Assembly: GCA_045655765.1 (NCBI GenBank)
Contig: JAZOQA010000022.1
Coordinates: 4,573-68,572, forward strand
Reading direction: 5' to 3'
Source: Eubacteriales bacterium
GTDB lineage: Bacteria; Bacillota; Clostridia; Oscillospirales; CAG-272
DNA: 64,000 nucleotides
Position 1 is the first letter of the stretch; the number at the start of each line of letters is the position of its first letter. A program made the translations under genes and the position numbers. Shown in pieces: positions 56,049 to 63,138 of this stretch. The notes below the pieces were generated by a model. It did not search any database. It saw nothing but the letters and a program-made list of their open reading frames with translations, and was not told the origin of the DNA.

Positions 56049-57245
56049 TTACTTTGCTTTTACGTCCTCGACATATTCTACACTTTCGTCTTTGAGGTAT
56101 ATGCCCTCCTTGGCGAGTTTCTCACAGAATGTAATCTGCTTCTTGAACATCTTGGTAAGTTCCTCTACGGTGAGGGTACAACCCTCTTTGCTCCACCACA
56201 TAGAGAGAATTGGCATAATGCCCTCGGGATTGAGCAGGTTGATTTTCTGTGCAACCTTAACCTTTGGTTGGTAGCCGGAAGAAACAATGGATTGCTGACC
56301 GAACAGGCTTTCCATTTCGGACTGCTGACGTGCCATTTCTGCCTTCTGCTTTTCTTCCTCCTCCTTGCGGCGGCGTTCTGCCTCCTGTTCCTCGGCTTCC
56401 TTGCGCTGACGTGCTTCCATTTCAGCCTTGATACGTGCAGCTTCTTCGGCTGATGCCTGTGCCATACGTTCGAGGTTGGTTTTCTTGGACGGCAGACGGT
56501 CGATGATGTACTGCTTTGTGCTGTCAATCTCGAACTCGTATTGCTCCTTGAACTGCTTGGCAAGGCGTTCCTTTGTCTCAATCTCTGCCTTGCGTATCTC
56601 ATCTACTGTTATTCCGGCAGGAATGCGAATAAGGGTGTGCAGATTGTAGAGGAAGTCGGCAGGCAGTTCGGTTGAATAGCCCTTGACCTGTGCGAATGAT
56701 GCTTCGTAGTTGTCGAGGGTAACGGCACTGTCAATGGCTGACAAAGCGTTGCAGTCTCTGTTCACGAGGGATTGGAACTGCTGCTTGAAATCGTCCTCAA
56801 TGTCCTGTTTCATACGTGAACGAGCCTGTTCTATTTGTTGGCGTTCGTACTCCTTGCGGCGGCGTTCCTCTTCCTCAGCACGCTTCTTGGCGGCGTACTG
56901 ATTGCGGAACTGCTGTAACTTGTATGGGATTGTATCGGCTTTGGTGGGGTCGATAGCATTTTCCATTACTGTAAACTCCTTGCGGATGTCATCAAATAGT
57001 TTGGTTACAGGTGAACGGCGTTCGTTCATCTTCTTCACGGTCTTACGTGCTTTCTCGATGTACTGTGCCGCCTGTTGGTCGAGTTCGTCCGTCATTCCTC
57101 CCTGTGCTTGAATGGCTTCAAGGATTGCTTGCCCGGCTTCGATACATTTCTCACGAGAGAGTTTGTTGTCTTGATATGACTGAGGAGTGGCAGACACTAT
57201 GGTCTGAATGTTCTCCTGTCTAACGATTACTAATTCCTGTGACAT
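56049..57245 (-). CDS. Coiled-coil phage protein (DUF1351-like; weak)
   Basis: 398 aa with long K/E/R-rich helices (AAKKRAEEEERRRKEYERQ, EAERRRKEEEEKQKAE). It lies next to recT. Confidence 0.5.
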   Translation of the reverse strand: MSQELVIVRQENIQTIVSATPQSYQDNKLSREKCIEAGQAILEAIQAQGGMTDELDQQAAQYIEKARKTVKKMNERRSPVTKLFDDIRKEFTVMENAIDPTKADTIPYKLQQFRNQYAAKKRAEEEERRRKEYERQQIEQARSRMKQDIEDDFKQQFQSLVNRDCNALSAIDSAVTLDNYEASFAQVKGYSTELPADFLYNLHTLIRIPAGITVDEIRKAEIETKERLAKQFKEQYEFEIDSTKQYIIDRLPSKKTNLERMAQASAEEAARIKAEMEARQRKEAEEQEAERRRKEEEEKQKAEMARQQSEMESLFGQQSIVSSGYQPKVKVAQKINLLNPEGIMPILSMWWSKEGCTLTVEELTKMFKKQITFCEKLAKEGIYLKDESVEYVEDVKAK

Positions 57246-57257
57246 AGTGGTATGGTG

Positions 57258-58208
57258 TTAGAAAGTGTCGTCTGCGTTGTTTGATTGCTGTGCAGGGTCG
57301 ATTGTTACACCTGCGGACATATCGGGTGCAGGTGCGAAATGTTGTTCCTGCTGTTGAGGCTGTTCGGCTCCAACACCGCCGTATGGGTCGATGTCTGTTG
57401 GCTGTTGCTGCTCGATGATTTCTGTTTCGAGAGAAGAACCACGACCGATATTCAGTTTCGGATAGGTCTTGAATGCGTGCTTCACGCACTTCGCCATAAG
57501 GAAGCCTGTGTCTATCTGACCGTTCTTGTTGTAGAGTTCGTTAGAGTTGGTTACCCATTGGTTAGTCTTGCGGTCAAAGTATGAGTTCTGTTTATCGCTG
57601 TAACCTTTGAGGCGCATCCAATCCTGTTCTGTCATTACAGAATAGTCTATCGTACCATCGGCACGTGTAATCTTCAAGAAACAGGCGATAATCTTGTTGG
57701 ACTTTCGAGGGAAAGCGGACATATAGTTCACTATCTTTTGTCCGTTCTGTTCGCCGTATTGGAATGTGTCGCCCTCGTACACGATAACAGGGTTGTCGGC
57801 GTGGCGTATCTGTCCGGCATTCTTACGGAGTACCAATTCGCCATATCCCGAAATGGTAAGGTTACATACTTTCTCCCAAATGTCGTTGCCCTGTTGGTTT
57901 GTGCCTACCTTGACATTGCGAGGAATGAGGTAACAGAGAGCCTGTGCGCCCGGTGCAAGGGTAAGACCTTTTACAGCGAGGTCGATAAAGGCGTAGAAGA
58001 TTGATGTACCAGAGCACTCACGGAGGTTTGCCTTGTCTCTCAACTGTGAGTTGAAATAGATTGCTTCACGCTCGTACACCTGTTCGCCGCCCTCTTTCCA
58101 AATGGAGTTATAGACGTTGATGAATTGACTACGGACACGCTCATTGCGTATCACATCGGTTGCTTTTGTCTGTTGCAACTCTTGGGCTAATGATAATGCA
58201 TTGCTCAT
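57258..58208 (-). CDS. recT: RecT-family single-strand annealing protein
   Basis: ...SIFYAFIDLAVKGLTLAPGAQALCYLIPR...ISGYGELVL...VIVYEGDTFQY...MAKCVKHAFKTYP matches the RecT pattern. The start is moved to Met29 (58208) so that the ORF does not run over the tRNA-like element. Confidence 0.6.
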   Translation of the reverse strand: MSNALSLAQELQQTKATDVIRNERVRSQFINVYNSIWKEGGEQVYEREAIYFNSQLRDKANLRECSGTSIFYAFIDLAVKGLTLAPGAQALCYLIPRNVKVGTNQQGNDIWEKVCNLTISGYGELVLRKNAGQIRHADNPVIVYEGDTFQYGEQNGQKIVNYMSAFPRKSNKIIACFLKITRADGTIDYSVMTEQDWMRLKGYSDKQNSYFDRKTNQWVTNSNELYNKNGQIDTGFLMAKCVKHAFKTYPKLNIGRGSSLETEIIEQQQPTDIDPYGGVGAEQPQQQEQHFAPAPDMSAGVTIDPAQQSNNADDTF

Positions 58209-58249
58209 AATGTTGAAAATTAAAGTTATTGAAATACAGTTGTCTGTTG

Positions 58250-58329
58250 TGGCTGCAAGCGGACTCGAACCGCTAACCCTCCATTGTGGCATACGACCCG
58301 GAGTGTAGTTCCCATTACTCTATACAGCC
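58250..58329 (-). ncRNA. tRNA-like element with a non-canonical anticodon region
   Basis: The minus-strand sequence is GGCTGTA-TA-GAGTAATGGGAACTAC-A-CTCCG[GGTCGTATGCCACAA]TGGAG-GGTT-AGCGGTTCGAGTCCGCT-TGCAGCC-A.
- It has a 7-bp acceptor stem and a perfect T arm with a TTCGAGT loop.
- U8, A14, G18G19 and A21 are in place.
- The D stem is weak and the anticodon loop is 15 nt. Confidence 0.45.
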
Positions 58330-58335
58330 TTGTTG

Positions 58336-58608
58336 TTATATCTTGAAATAGTCCTGTTTTACGTTCTGTAATGCTCTCAACTCTGCCGTGCGGTACTCGA
58401 CTTTGCCGGGTCGTTTGCAAGGCTCTATCTTGCCCTCTCTGCGCCACCTATCGACATTGCCACGTCCGAACATCGTGTATGCCTGTCGTTGGCTGATGGT
58501 CTCGGGGTCGTTGCGCACTTCGGAGAGCATACGCACTACCGAAGCTGCAACATCGTGGATGAATGTGTCATAGGTGACTGTCTTATCTGAAAAATTGAGT
58601 GTGAGCAT
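58336..58608 (-). CDS. Helix-turn-helix protein (excisionase/MerR-like; weak)
   Basis: 90 aa. ...ISQRQAYTMFGRGNVDRWRREGKI... resembles excisionase-family HTH proteins. Confidence 0.45.
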   Translation of the reverse strand: MLTLNFSDKTVTYDTFIHDVAASVVRMLSEVRNDPETISQRQAYTMFGRGNVDRWRREGKIEPCKRPGKVEYRTAELRALQNVKQDYFKI

Positions 58609-58612
58609 TGTA

Positions 58613-58753
58613 TTACTTCTTATTGGTTTGACCTTGACACGCAGGTGTCTTGTCGTACTCTACATTTCTTTTGAGCAGGGTGCAGTAACGACCATTCAAC
58701 TGCTCATAGGCTTTTGCACACTTGGCGCAAATAGGATTGGTATGTGATGCCAT
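58613..58753 (-). CDS. Small Cys-rich protein (46 aa)
   Basis: MASHTNPICAKCAKAYEQLNGRYCTLL...ACQG. The ATG lies 2 nt after the upstream stop. It is the internal part of ORF 58613-58918. Confidence 0.35.
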   Translation of the reverse strand: MASHTNPICAKCAKAYEQLNGRYCTLLKRNVEYDKTPACQGQTNKK

Positions 58754-58755
58754 AG

Positions 58756-58983
58756 TTAGAATATGCTTAATTGATGACCACGTTTCTTTACTGTGCGTTC
58801 GTAACGCTTGCATTCTTCTCTGAAAGGACAGTTGCCGGACTTGGCTTGCTGAAAGGCGGAATGAAAGGTGTCCCAATCCGCACCACGAAGAAAACCCATC
58901 AAGTCCATACAAAACCAACCCTTATCCATTGCTTTGTTCTCGCCTGTAATCTCGACAAGTCCGTTGCCTTTTGGTGTTCCCAT
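58756..58983 (-). CDS. Hypothetical protein (75 aa)
   Basis: An ORF in the early operon. Confidence 0.4.
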   Translation of the reverse strand: MGTPKGNGLVEITGENKAMDKGWFCMDLMGFLRGADWDTFHSAFQQAKSGNCPFREECKRYERTVKKRGHQLSIF

Positions 58984-58989
58984 TATTTT

Positions 58990-59274
58990 TCAACATAGTT
59001 TTTTAAGAAAATCATTGAACTCCACACGAGTAAGTGAGGCATAAGGCTCTCTTAAAACGACCCCACATTTACCGTCTTTTGTTGAAGATAAGGCAAGGAT
59101 GCCTAAATCTCTCAAATCCATAATGAGAGGGTGCTGGAATGGCAGTTTTAGTTCATCGAACGAAACGGCAGGAATATCCAAGCAACCTTCGTTGTCCCTT
59201 TTTTCACGAGTTCTCACATAGACCCTTTGTGCTACCTCTTTCAATCCTCTGTTATTTATTGGGGGTGTTCTCAT
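58990..59274 (-). CDS. Hypothetical protein (94 aa)
   Basis: An ORF in the early operon. Its start overlaps the upstream stop. Confidence 0.4.
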   Translation of the reverse strand: MRTPPINNRGLKEVAQRVYVRTREKRDNEGCLDIPAVSFDELKLPFQHPLIMDLRDLGILALSSTKDGKCGVVLREPYASLTRVEFNDFLKKLC

Positions 59275-59792
59275 TACAATAATTCTCTTTTATATTGTTC
59301 TACTTTATCTGCTAATCTCTGTTCCGCTTCTGCTACATTCTGTTTTGCTCGTTCAACTTTTGCAAGTATCTTCTGCAACATTGCGTCATTCTCTTTATCG
59401 AAGAATAGTTCTCCTTGCTTCGAGGCGAGATATTTGGCGACATTCCTTTCTTGCAGGGTTATTTTACCTTTGAGTGCTACGAGTTGCTTTAAGTCTGCTG
59501 TGAAGCCCCAATCCTTTCCCTCTTGCAGGTAGTAGGTGCTGAATGTGTCGTAAACACGACCACGAGGATATTTGCATATCAGTTTTGCTCTGCGCCATTG
59601 AATAACCCAACCCCAACGGTCGATGAAATGCTTTGGAATTTCATATCGGAATATCTCGATACTTTCTCCGCTTTCAGTCCTGCGATAGAAGACAATGCGT
59701 ACATACTCCTCTAATTTCAATTCTTTCTCGGCTTTCGCTATTGCTTTGGCAAACTCCAACGCATCTGCACCAATTCCTACCTCCTGCGCCAT
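59274..59792 (-). CDS. Hypothetical protein (172 aa) with a C-terminal coiled coil
   Basis: An ORF in the early operon. No motif recognised. Confidence 0.45.
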   Translation of the reverse strand: MAQEVGIGADALEFAKAIAKAEKELKLEEYVRIVFYRRTESGESIEIFRYEIPKHFIDRWGWVIQWRRAKLICKYPRGRVYDTFSTYYLQEGKDWGFTADLKQLVALKGKITLQERNVAKYLASKQGELFFDKENDAMLQKILAKVERAKQNVAEAEQRLADKVEQYKRELL

Positions 59793-59795
59793 TGC

Positions 59796-60020
59796 TTACT
59801 TGTTTTTCTCTTCTTGGTACTCACGATAACTCTCACGAACGAGTATCCACATCAGATAGACGAACAGGAGAACGACACAAAAGCCGAATAATCCGATTGT
59901 TCCTTTGATGAGGTGGGCAATTCCCCACACGATTGTGCCAATTAGCATAAAGATTGACATTCCAAGTTGGCTGAGGCTCATAAACTTATCCATAGTGATT
60001 TTCAATTTATTTATGTTCAT
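59796..60020 (-). CDS. Small two-TM membrane protein (74 aa)
   Basis: MNINKLKITMDKFMSLSQLGMSIFMLIGTIVWGIAHLIKGTIGLFGFCVVLLFVYLMWILV... It is the internal start of ORF 59796-60173. Confidence 0.4.
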   Translation of the reverse strand: MNINKLKITMDKFMSLSQLGMSIFMLIGTIVWGIAHLIKGTIGLFGFCVVLLFVYLMWILVRESYREYQEEKNK

Positions 60021-60204
60021 AAGTGCTTGTTTCTTTGACCAAAGACTTAGCGACTTCTTGGCATTTATCTGCAACTTCAAGCAAGTAGTCCACTTCTTTA
60101 CGGTCTTCCTCTCTTGCGATAGATACATATCCGAGAGTTGATGTAATACTATGATGGTAGCGACCATCTTCAAACTTTGATTCTAATTCAATTGTTAGTT
60201 TCAT
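60007..60204 (-). CDS. Hypothetical protein (65 aa)
   Basis: An ORF in the early operon. Confidence 0.35.
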   Translation of the reverse strand: MKLTIELESKFEDGRYHHSITSTLGYVSIAREEDRKEVDYLLEVADKCQEVAKSLVKETSTYEHK

Positions 60205-60208
60205 ATTC

Positions 60209-60517
60209 TTATTCGTTTAATAATGCTATTTTCAATCTTGTCGCATCAGAATTGATGCTAACATTACAGAATTGAAACAGACCTCTCATAAAGTGCATTG
60301 CTACATCTTCGTATGAAATGAACCTTTCAGAAAGCAATGACATTGCTAACTCGTTATCGTATGTGCTGATGAGGCGAAGTATCTCGATTTTCTTCAAGTA
60401 CTCTCCATTCAGTTTTGCACGACTGCCTGTAAACTCGAAGTAGTATTGCTTATAATCGCCCAAAAATTGTGGAGACTTGAATTTCAAATCAAATGCTTTC
60501 TTATTAAGTCCTTTCAT
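60209..60517 (-). CDS. Hypothetical protein (102 aa)
   Basis: An ORF in the early operon. Confidence 0.4.
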   Translation of the reverse strand: MKGLNKKAFDLKFKSPQFLGDYKQYYFEFTGSRAKLNGEYLKKIEILRLISTYDNELAMSLLSERFISYEDVAMHFMRGLFQFCNVSINSDATRLKIALLNE

Positions 60518-60705
60518 TACGCTGTTCTGGTTACTATTACGACACGTCTTTCACGGTCTGTCTCGGTCTTGTATGTTCTGTTCCATTTGAAACCGAGCAT
60601 ACTCGCCATACTTCTTGCAGTAGTGCATAGTGATGCAGGGAACTCCTTGCTATCGCCAATCTTCATAGGCTCTAATTCGCCTGTAATCGTCTTTTTCTTT
60701 GCCAT
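60517..60705 (-). CDS. First early-operon gene (Cro-position small basic protein)
   Basis: A 62-aa ORF transcribed divergently from the repressor. Positional call only. Confidence 0.4.
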   Translation of the reverse strand: MAKKKTITGELEPMKIGDSKEFPASLCTTARSMASMLGFKWNRTYKTETDRERRVVIVTRTA

Positions 60706-60734
60706 TTTTTCGGTGATTTGAAGTTTAATGTTTA

Positions 60735-60810
60735 ACTTTACGGTGCAAAGTAAAGAAAAACTTTACTAACAAGCAAGAAAAAGTGGACTTATTTTCAAGA
60801 AAAAATTTAC
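60735..60810. promoter_or_regulatory. Divergent immunity-switch region with repeated A(C/A)TTTAC half-sites
   Basis: ACTTTAC at 60735-60741, an inverted GTAAAG at 60750-60755 (CTTTAC-N8-GTAAAG), ACTTTAC at 60760-60766 and AATTTAC at 60804-60810. All lie between the divergent starts at 60705 and 60815. Confidence 0.4.
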
Positions 60811-60814
60811 TATT

Positions 60815-61210
60815 ATGTGCATAGGGTTGAAAATCAAAGAGTTAATGAGTAAAGAAAAAATGGACGCTCCTACGCTTGCTCGGGAATTAGGCAAAACCAA
60901 ACAAGCTGTCTATGATATGTTGGAGAAAGAGGATGTAAATACAGCCATCCTAAGACAACTTTCCAACATATTCAAAGTACCTGTAACTTTTTTCTTGACT
61001 GAAGAACAAGAAAACGGCAATCAAGAAGAACTTGACTTGTTGAGGCGTGAAGTGGTAGCCCTAAAAGAAGAAATACAAAGGCTAAAAGAATTGAAATTGC
61101 CTAATCGTAATGACAAACTTTACGACTTGTGGATGCAGTTTATGAGAAATCAAGCACAGCATCAAGAGATAATGAAAGAGATGGCAGCTATTTATGGAGG
61201 GACTGAGTGA
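60815..61210 (+). CDS. Xre/cI-type HTH repressor
   Basis: ...MDAPTLARELGKTKQAVYDMLEKEDVNTAILRQLSNIFKVPVTFF... is an HTH_3-like pattern, followed by a C-terminal coiled coil. It is divergent from the early operon. Confidence 0.7.
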   Translation: MCIGLKIKELMSKEKMDAPTLARELGKTKQAVYDMLEKEDVNTAILRQLSNIFKVPVTFFLTEEQENGNQEELDLLRREVVALKEEIQRLKELKLPNRNDKLYDLWMQFMRNQAQHQEIMKEMAAIYGGTE

Positions 61211-61767
61211 TGAAATTGTTTTTATACAATGAAAAATCATTCTTAAACAATAGCATCGTTAGGATATTAAATTATATCATACTTGGTATTGTTTTGGTAG
61301 GTGGCATCACTAATGCGTCTTCATTATCCCTTTCATTTGGAATAATCATCATAATATCTTTTTCTGTATCAATATTAAGTTCTGTAATAACATATAAGGT
61401 CATCTCTGACACAGAGTTCTATGAATGGGATTACACAGAAAGAAAAAAGAAATTCCGTTTCACTATTAAGTATATGCTACTTTGCGTATTTATTAGTTCA
61501 TTATTTACATTTAGCATTGTTATAGCATATTTGGCTATATCAGAGAATAATATGTCGTTATTAGGTGAGGCTATATTCATATTCCCAATTGTATTCTTTG
61601 CATTCAATATGTGCAATATTATAAGTCTATATCATCCTGTTTTTGAGAGTGATTTAACATTGGGTTATAAAATTCAAAAGAAACCAGATAATTGGCAAGA
61701 TAGAGGGCGAGAGATAAAGAATGAAGATGAAATAAAAGAAATAATGCATCGTGATTTTGGAATTTAG
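61210..61767 (+). CDS. Four-TM membrane protein coupled to the repressor
   Basis: The ATG overlaps the repressor stop (TGATG). The gene is very AT-rich and encodes four hydrophobic helices. No motif recognised. Confidence 0.55.
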   Translation: MKLFLYNEKSFLNNSIVRILNYIILGIVLVGGITNASSLSLSFGIIIIISFSVSILSSVITYKVISDTEFYEWDYTERKKKFRFTIKYMLLCVFISSLFTFSIVIAYLAISENNMSLLGEAIFIFPIVFFAFNMCNIISLYHPVFESDLTLGYKIQKKPDNWQDRGREIKNEDEIKEIMHRDFGI

Positions 61768-61772
61768 AGATT

Positions 61773-61991
61773 ATGAGAAAGGTTGTTTATTACATAGCAT
61801 TGGTCGCACTATTTATCGTGTGTATGCTTGGAGTGACATTCATAATGACACTTATTGAAGAATGGTTTGATGTTAAGTTAGGGCAATTACTAATGAATTT
61901 CGGCTTCTTGGTAGGTATAGGTTTGTTCTTATCTCTAAAACCCCTAATACAAATATGGTTGAAAGATAAATCCGAAAATGAGCAAAAATAG
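61773..61991 (+). CDS. Two-TM small membrane protein
   Basis: 72 aa and AT-rich, starting 6 nt after the previous stop. Confidence 0.5.
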   Translation: MRKVVYYIALVALFIVCMLGVTFIMTLIEEWFDVKLGQLLMNFGFLVGIGLFLSLKPLIQIWLKDKSENEQK

Positions 61992-62108
61992 CCCTGCTGA
62001 CAAACTGTTGTACGACATTTCACAACTCGCTGAAAAGCAAGCCTAATTAACAGCGGCTCAGGCTGCTGTTGAGGAATAATCAACAGATTGTAAATCAATA
62101 TGATAATG

Positions 62109-62136
62109 AAGGAGGTTCGCTTTTGCGGACCTCCTT
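62109..62136. terminator. Hairpin terminator at the end of the immunity operon
   Basis: AAGGAGGTTCG-cttttg-CGGACCTCCTT forms an 11-bp stem with one G-T pair, followed by TGCTTTCT. A second hairpin, AACAGC...GCTGTT, lies about 50 nt upstream. Confidence 0.5.
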
Positions 62137-62187
62137 TGCTTTCTATCATATAGTTATCTTTATGTTGTACTAAATTTGCAAGTGCAT

Positions 62188-62760
62188 TTAGTGCCCTACC
62201 GCATTCATACCATCTATCAAATCTTGGTAAGTTGCTACTTTGTGGTACTTCACATTGGCTGTGGAAATGGTGTTGAACAATTTTTCGGCACAATCAATCT
62301 TGGCTCGCTCGATGGCAGACAAGTCCATTGAGGACTTTGAACCTTTGGTTTCGGCTACGAAGAAGATGTGCTTCACGTCATTCTTTTTCATTGCGATAGC
62401 CTAGTCTAGGGCGTAATTGCCCACGCTGCAAGGCTTGTTTACTTCGTGTACATCTTCACCCAATAGTTCGGCATCCATTCTAGTACCATACTTATCTACA
62501 CAGATTCGCGAACTACGACCTACCTTTTGGCGCTTGGCGGTGGTGGAATTGCTATGCCGTAGCGTACAGATTTGGAACACAATTCAGATTGTCCCAACCT
62601 TCACGCAAGGCAGAGTGGGAGAATATGAAGCGTGTAGGCTCTTCGAAACTCAATAAACGTTCTTTGTTCTTCTACAGGCATAACGAGATGTGTATATAAC
62701 ACATTAACGGGGCATCTACCGTTACTTTGTTCTTGACTACGACTGAAATTTTCTCAGGAT
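62188..62760 (-). pseudogene. Decayed 3' remnant of a type III restriction Res / DEAD-helicase-type gene
   Basis: Three minus-strand frames carry consecutive pieces: ...[15 protein letters not shown] / [49 protein letters not shown]...* / MKKNDVKHIFFVAETKGSKSSMDLSAIERAKIDCAEKLF... There is at least one frameshift and two premature stops, and the 5' part is missing. Confidence 0.55.
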
Positions 62761-63138
62761 TTCAAGATGTCAACAGCAAAGCGTTGTATAAACGCCTTAA
62801 ATTATGTCATCGCTTTTGGCTTCGATATATTTGGCAGACGTAAAGCAATAATGCAAAAATAGCACGTTATTTCGATACTTGAAAGTTATGCGGAGAAAAA
62901 CTTGGTAGCGTCATATAGGTTGTGTAAACGTCTTTAATGTAGGATGTATAAAAACTTTCTGAGGTTTAAATTCGTTTTCGATGTAGGGGGACGAATTGAC
63001 GGTTCGTGCCAAAATGGCTGCAAATATTCTATTTTTTGAAAGTGCATCTGTTAAAGTCTGTCATTTTGACTTTTAATGTGCGGTGGTACATAACTTGTTT
63101 CTCTATTTGTGAATGTTTAATTAAAATAACGGCTAATT

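Larger units (their letters stand above)
1..62150. mobile_element. Temperate phage / prophage segment. The left end is outside the window and the right boundary is approximate.
   Basis: Contiguous phage modules are present: packaging, head, fibre plus DGR, lysis, recombination/replication, and immunity. Composition becomes AT-rich after about 61,200. A decayed host-type gene and clpB follow. No integrase or att repeat is recognisable inside the window. Confidence 0.6.

Noticed and set aside
58250-58329. Calling this a bona fide tRNA gene with an assigned anticodon
   Set aside because: No 5-bp/7-nt anticodon stem-loop with U33/R37 can be drawn. The only near-fit (ACTAC/GTCGT, loop ACTCCGG) would eliminate the D arm. 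It is kept as a tRNA-like ncRNA only.
60706-60814. Exact TAnnTTTG -7 boxes for the divergent immunity promoters
   Set aside because: Only near-matches are present (TACTTTG and TAAATTTT on the minus strand, TATTTTCA on the plus strand). No confident promoter call was made there.
62417-62656. 79-aa plus-strand ORF
   Set aside because: It is antisense to the Res-like pseudogene fragments, and its sequence is not protein-like.
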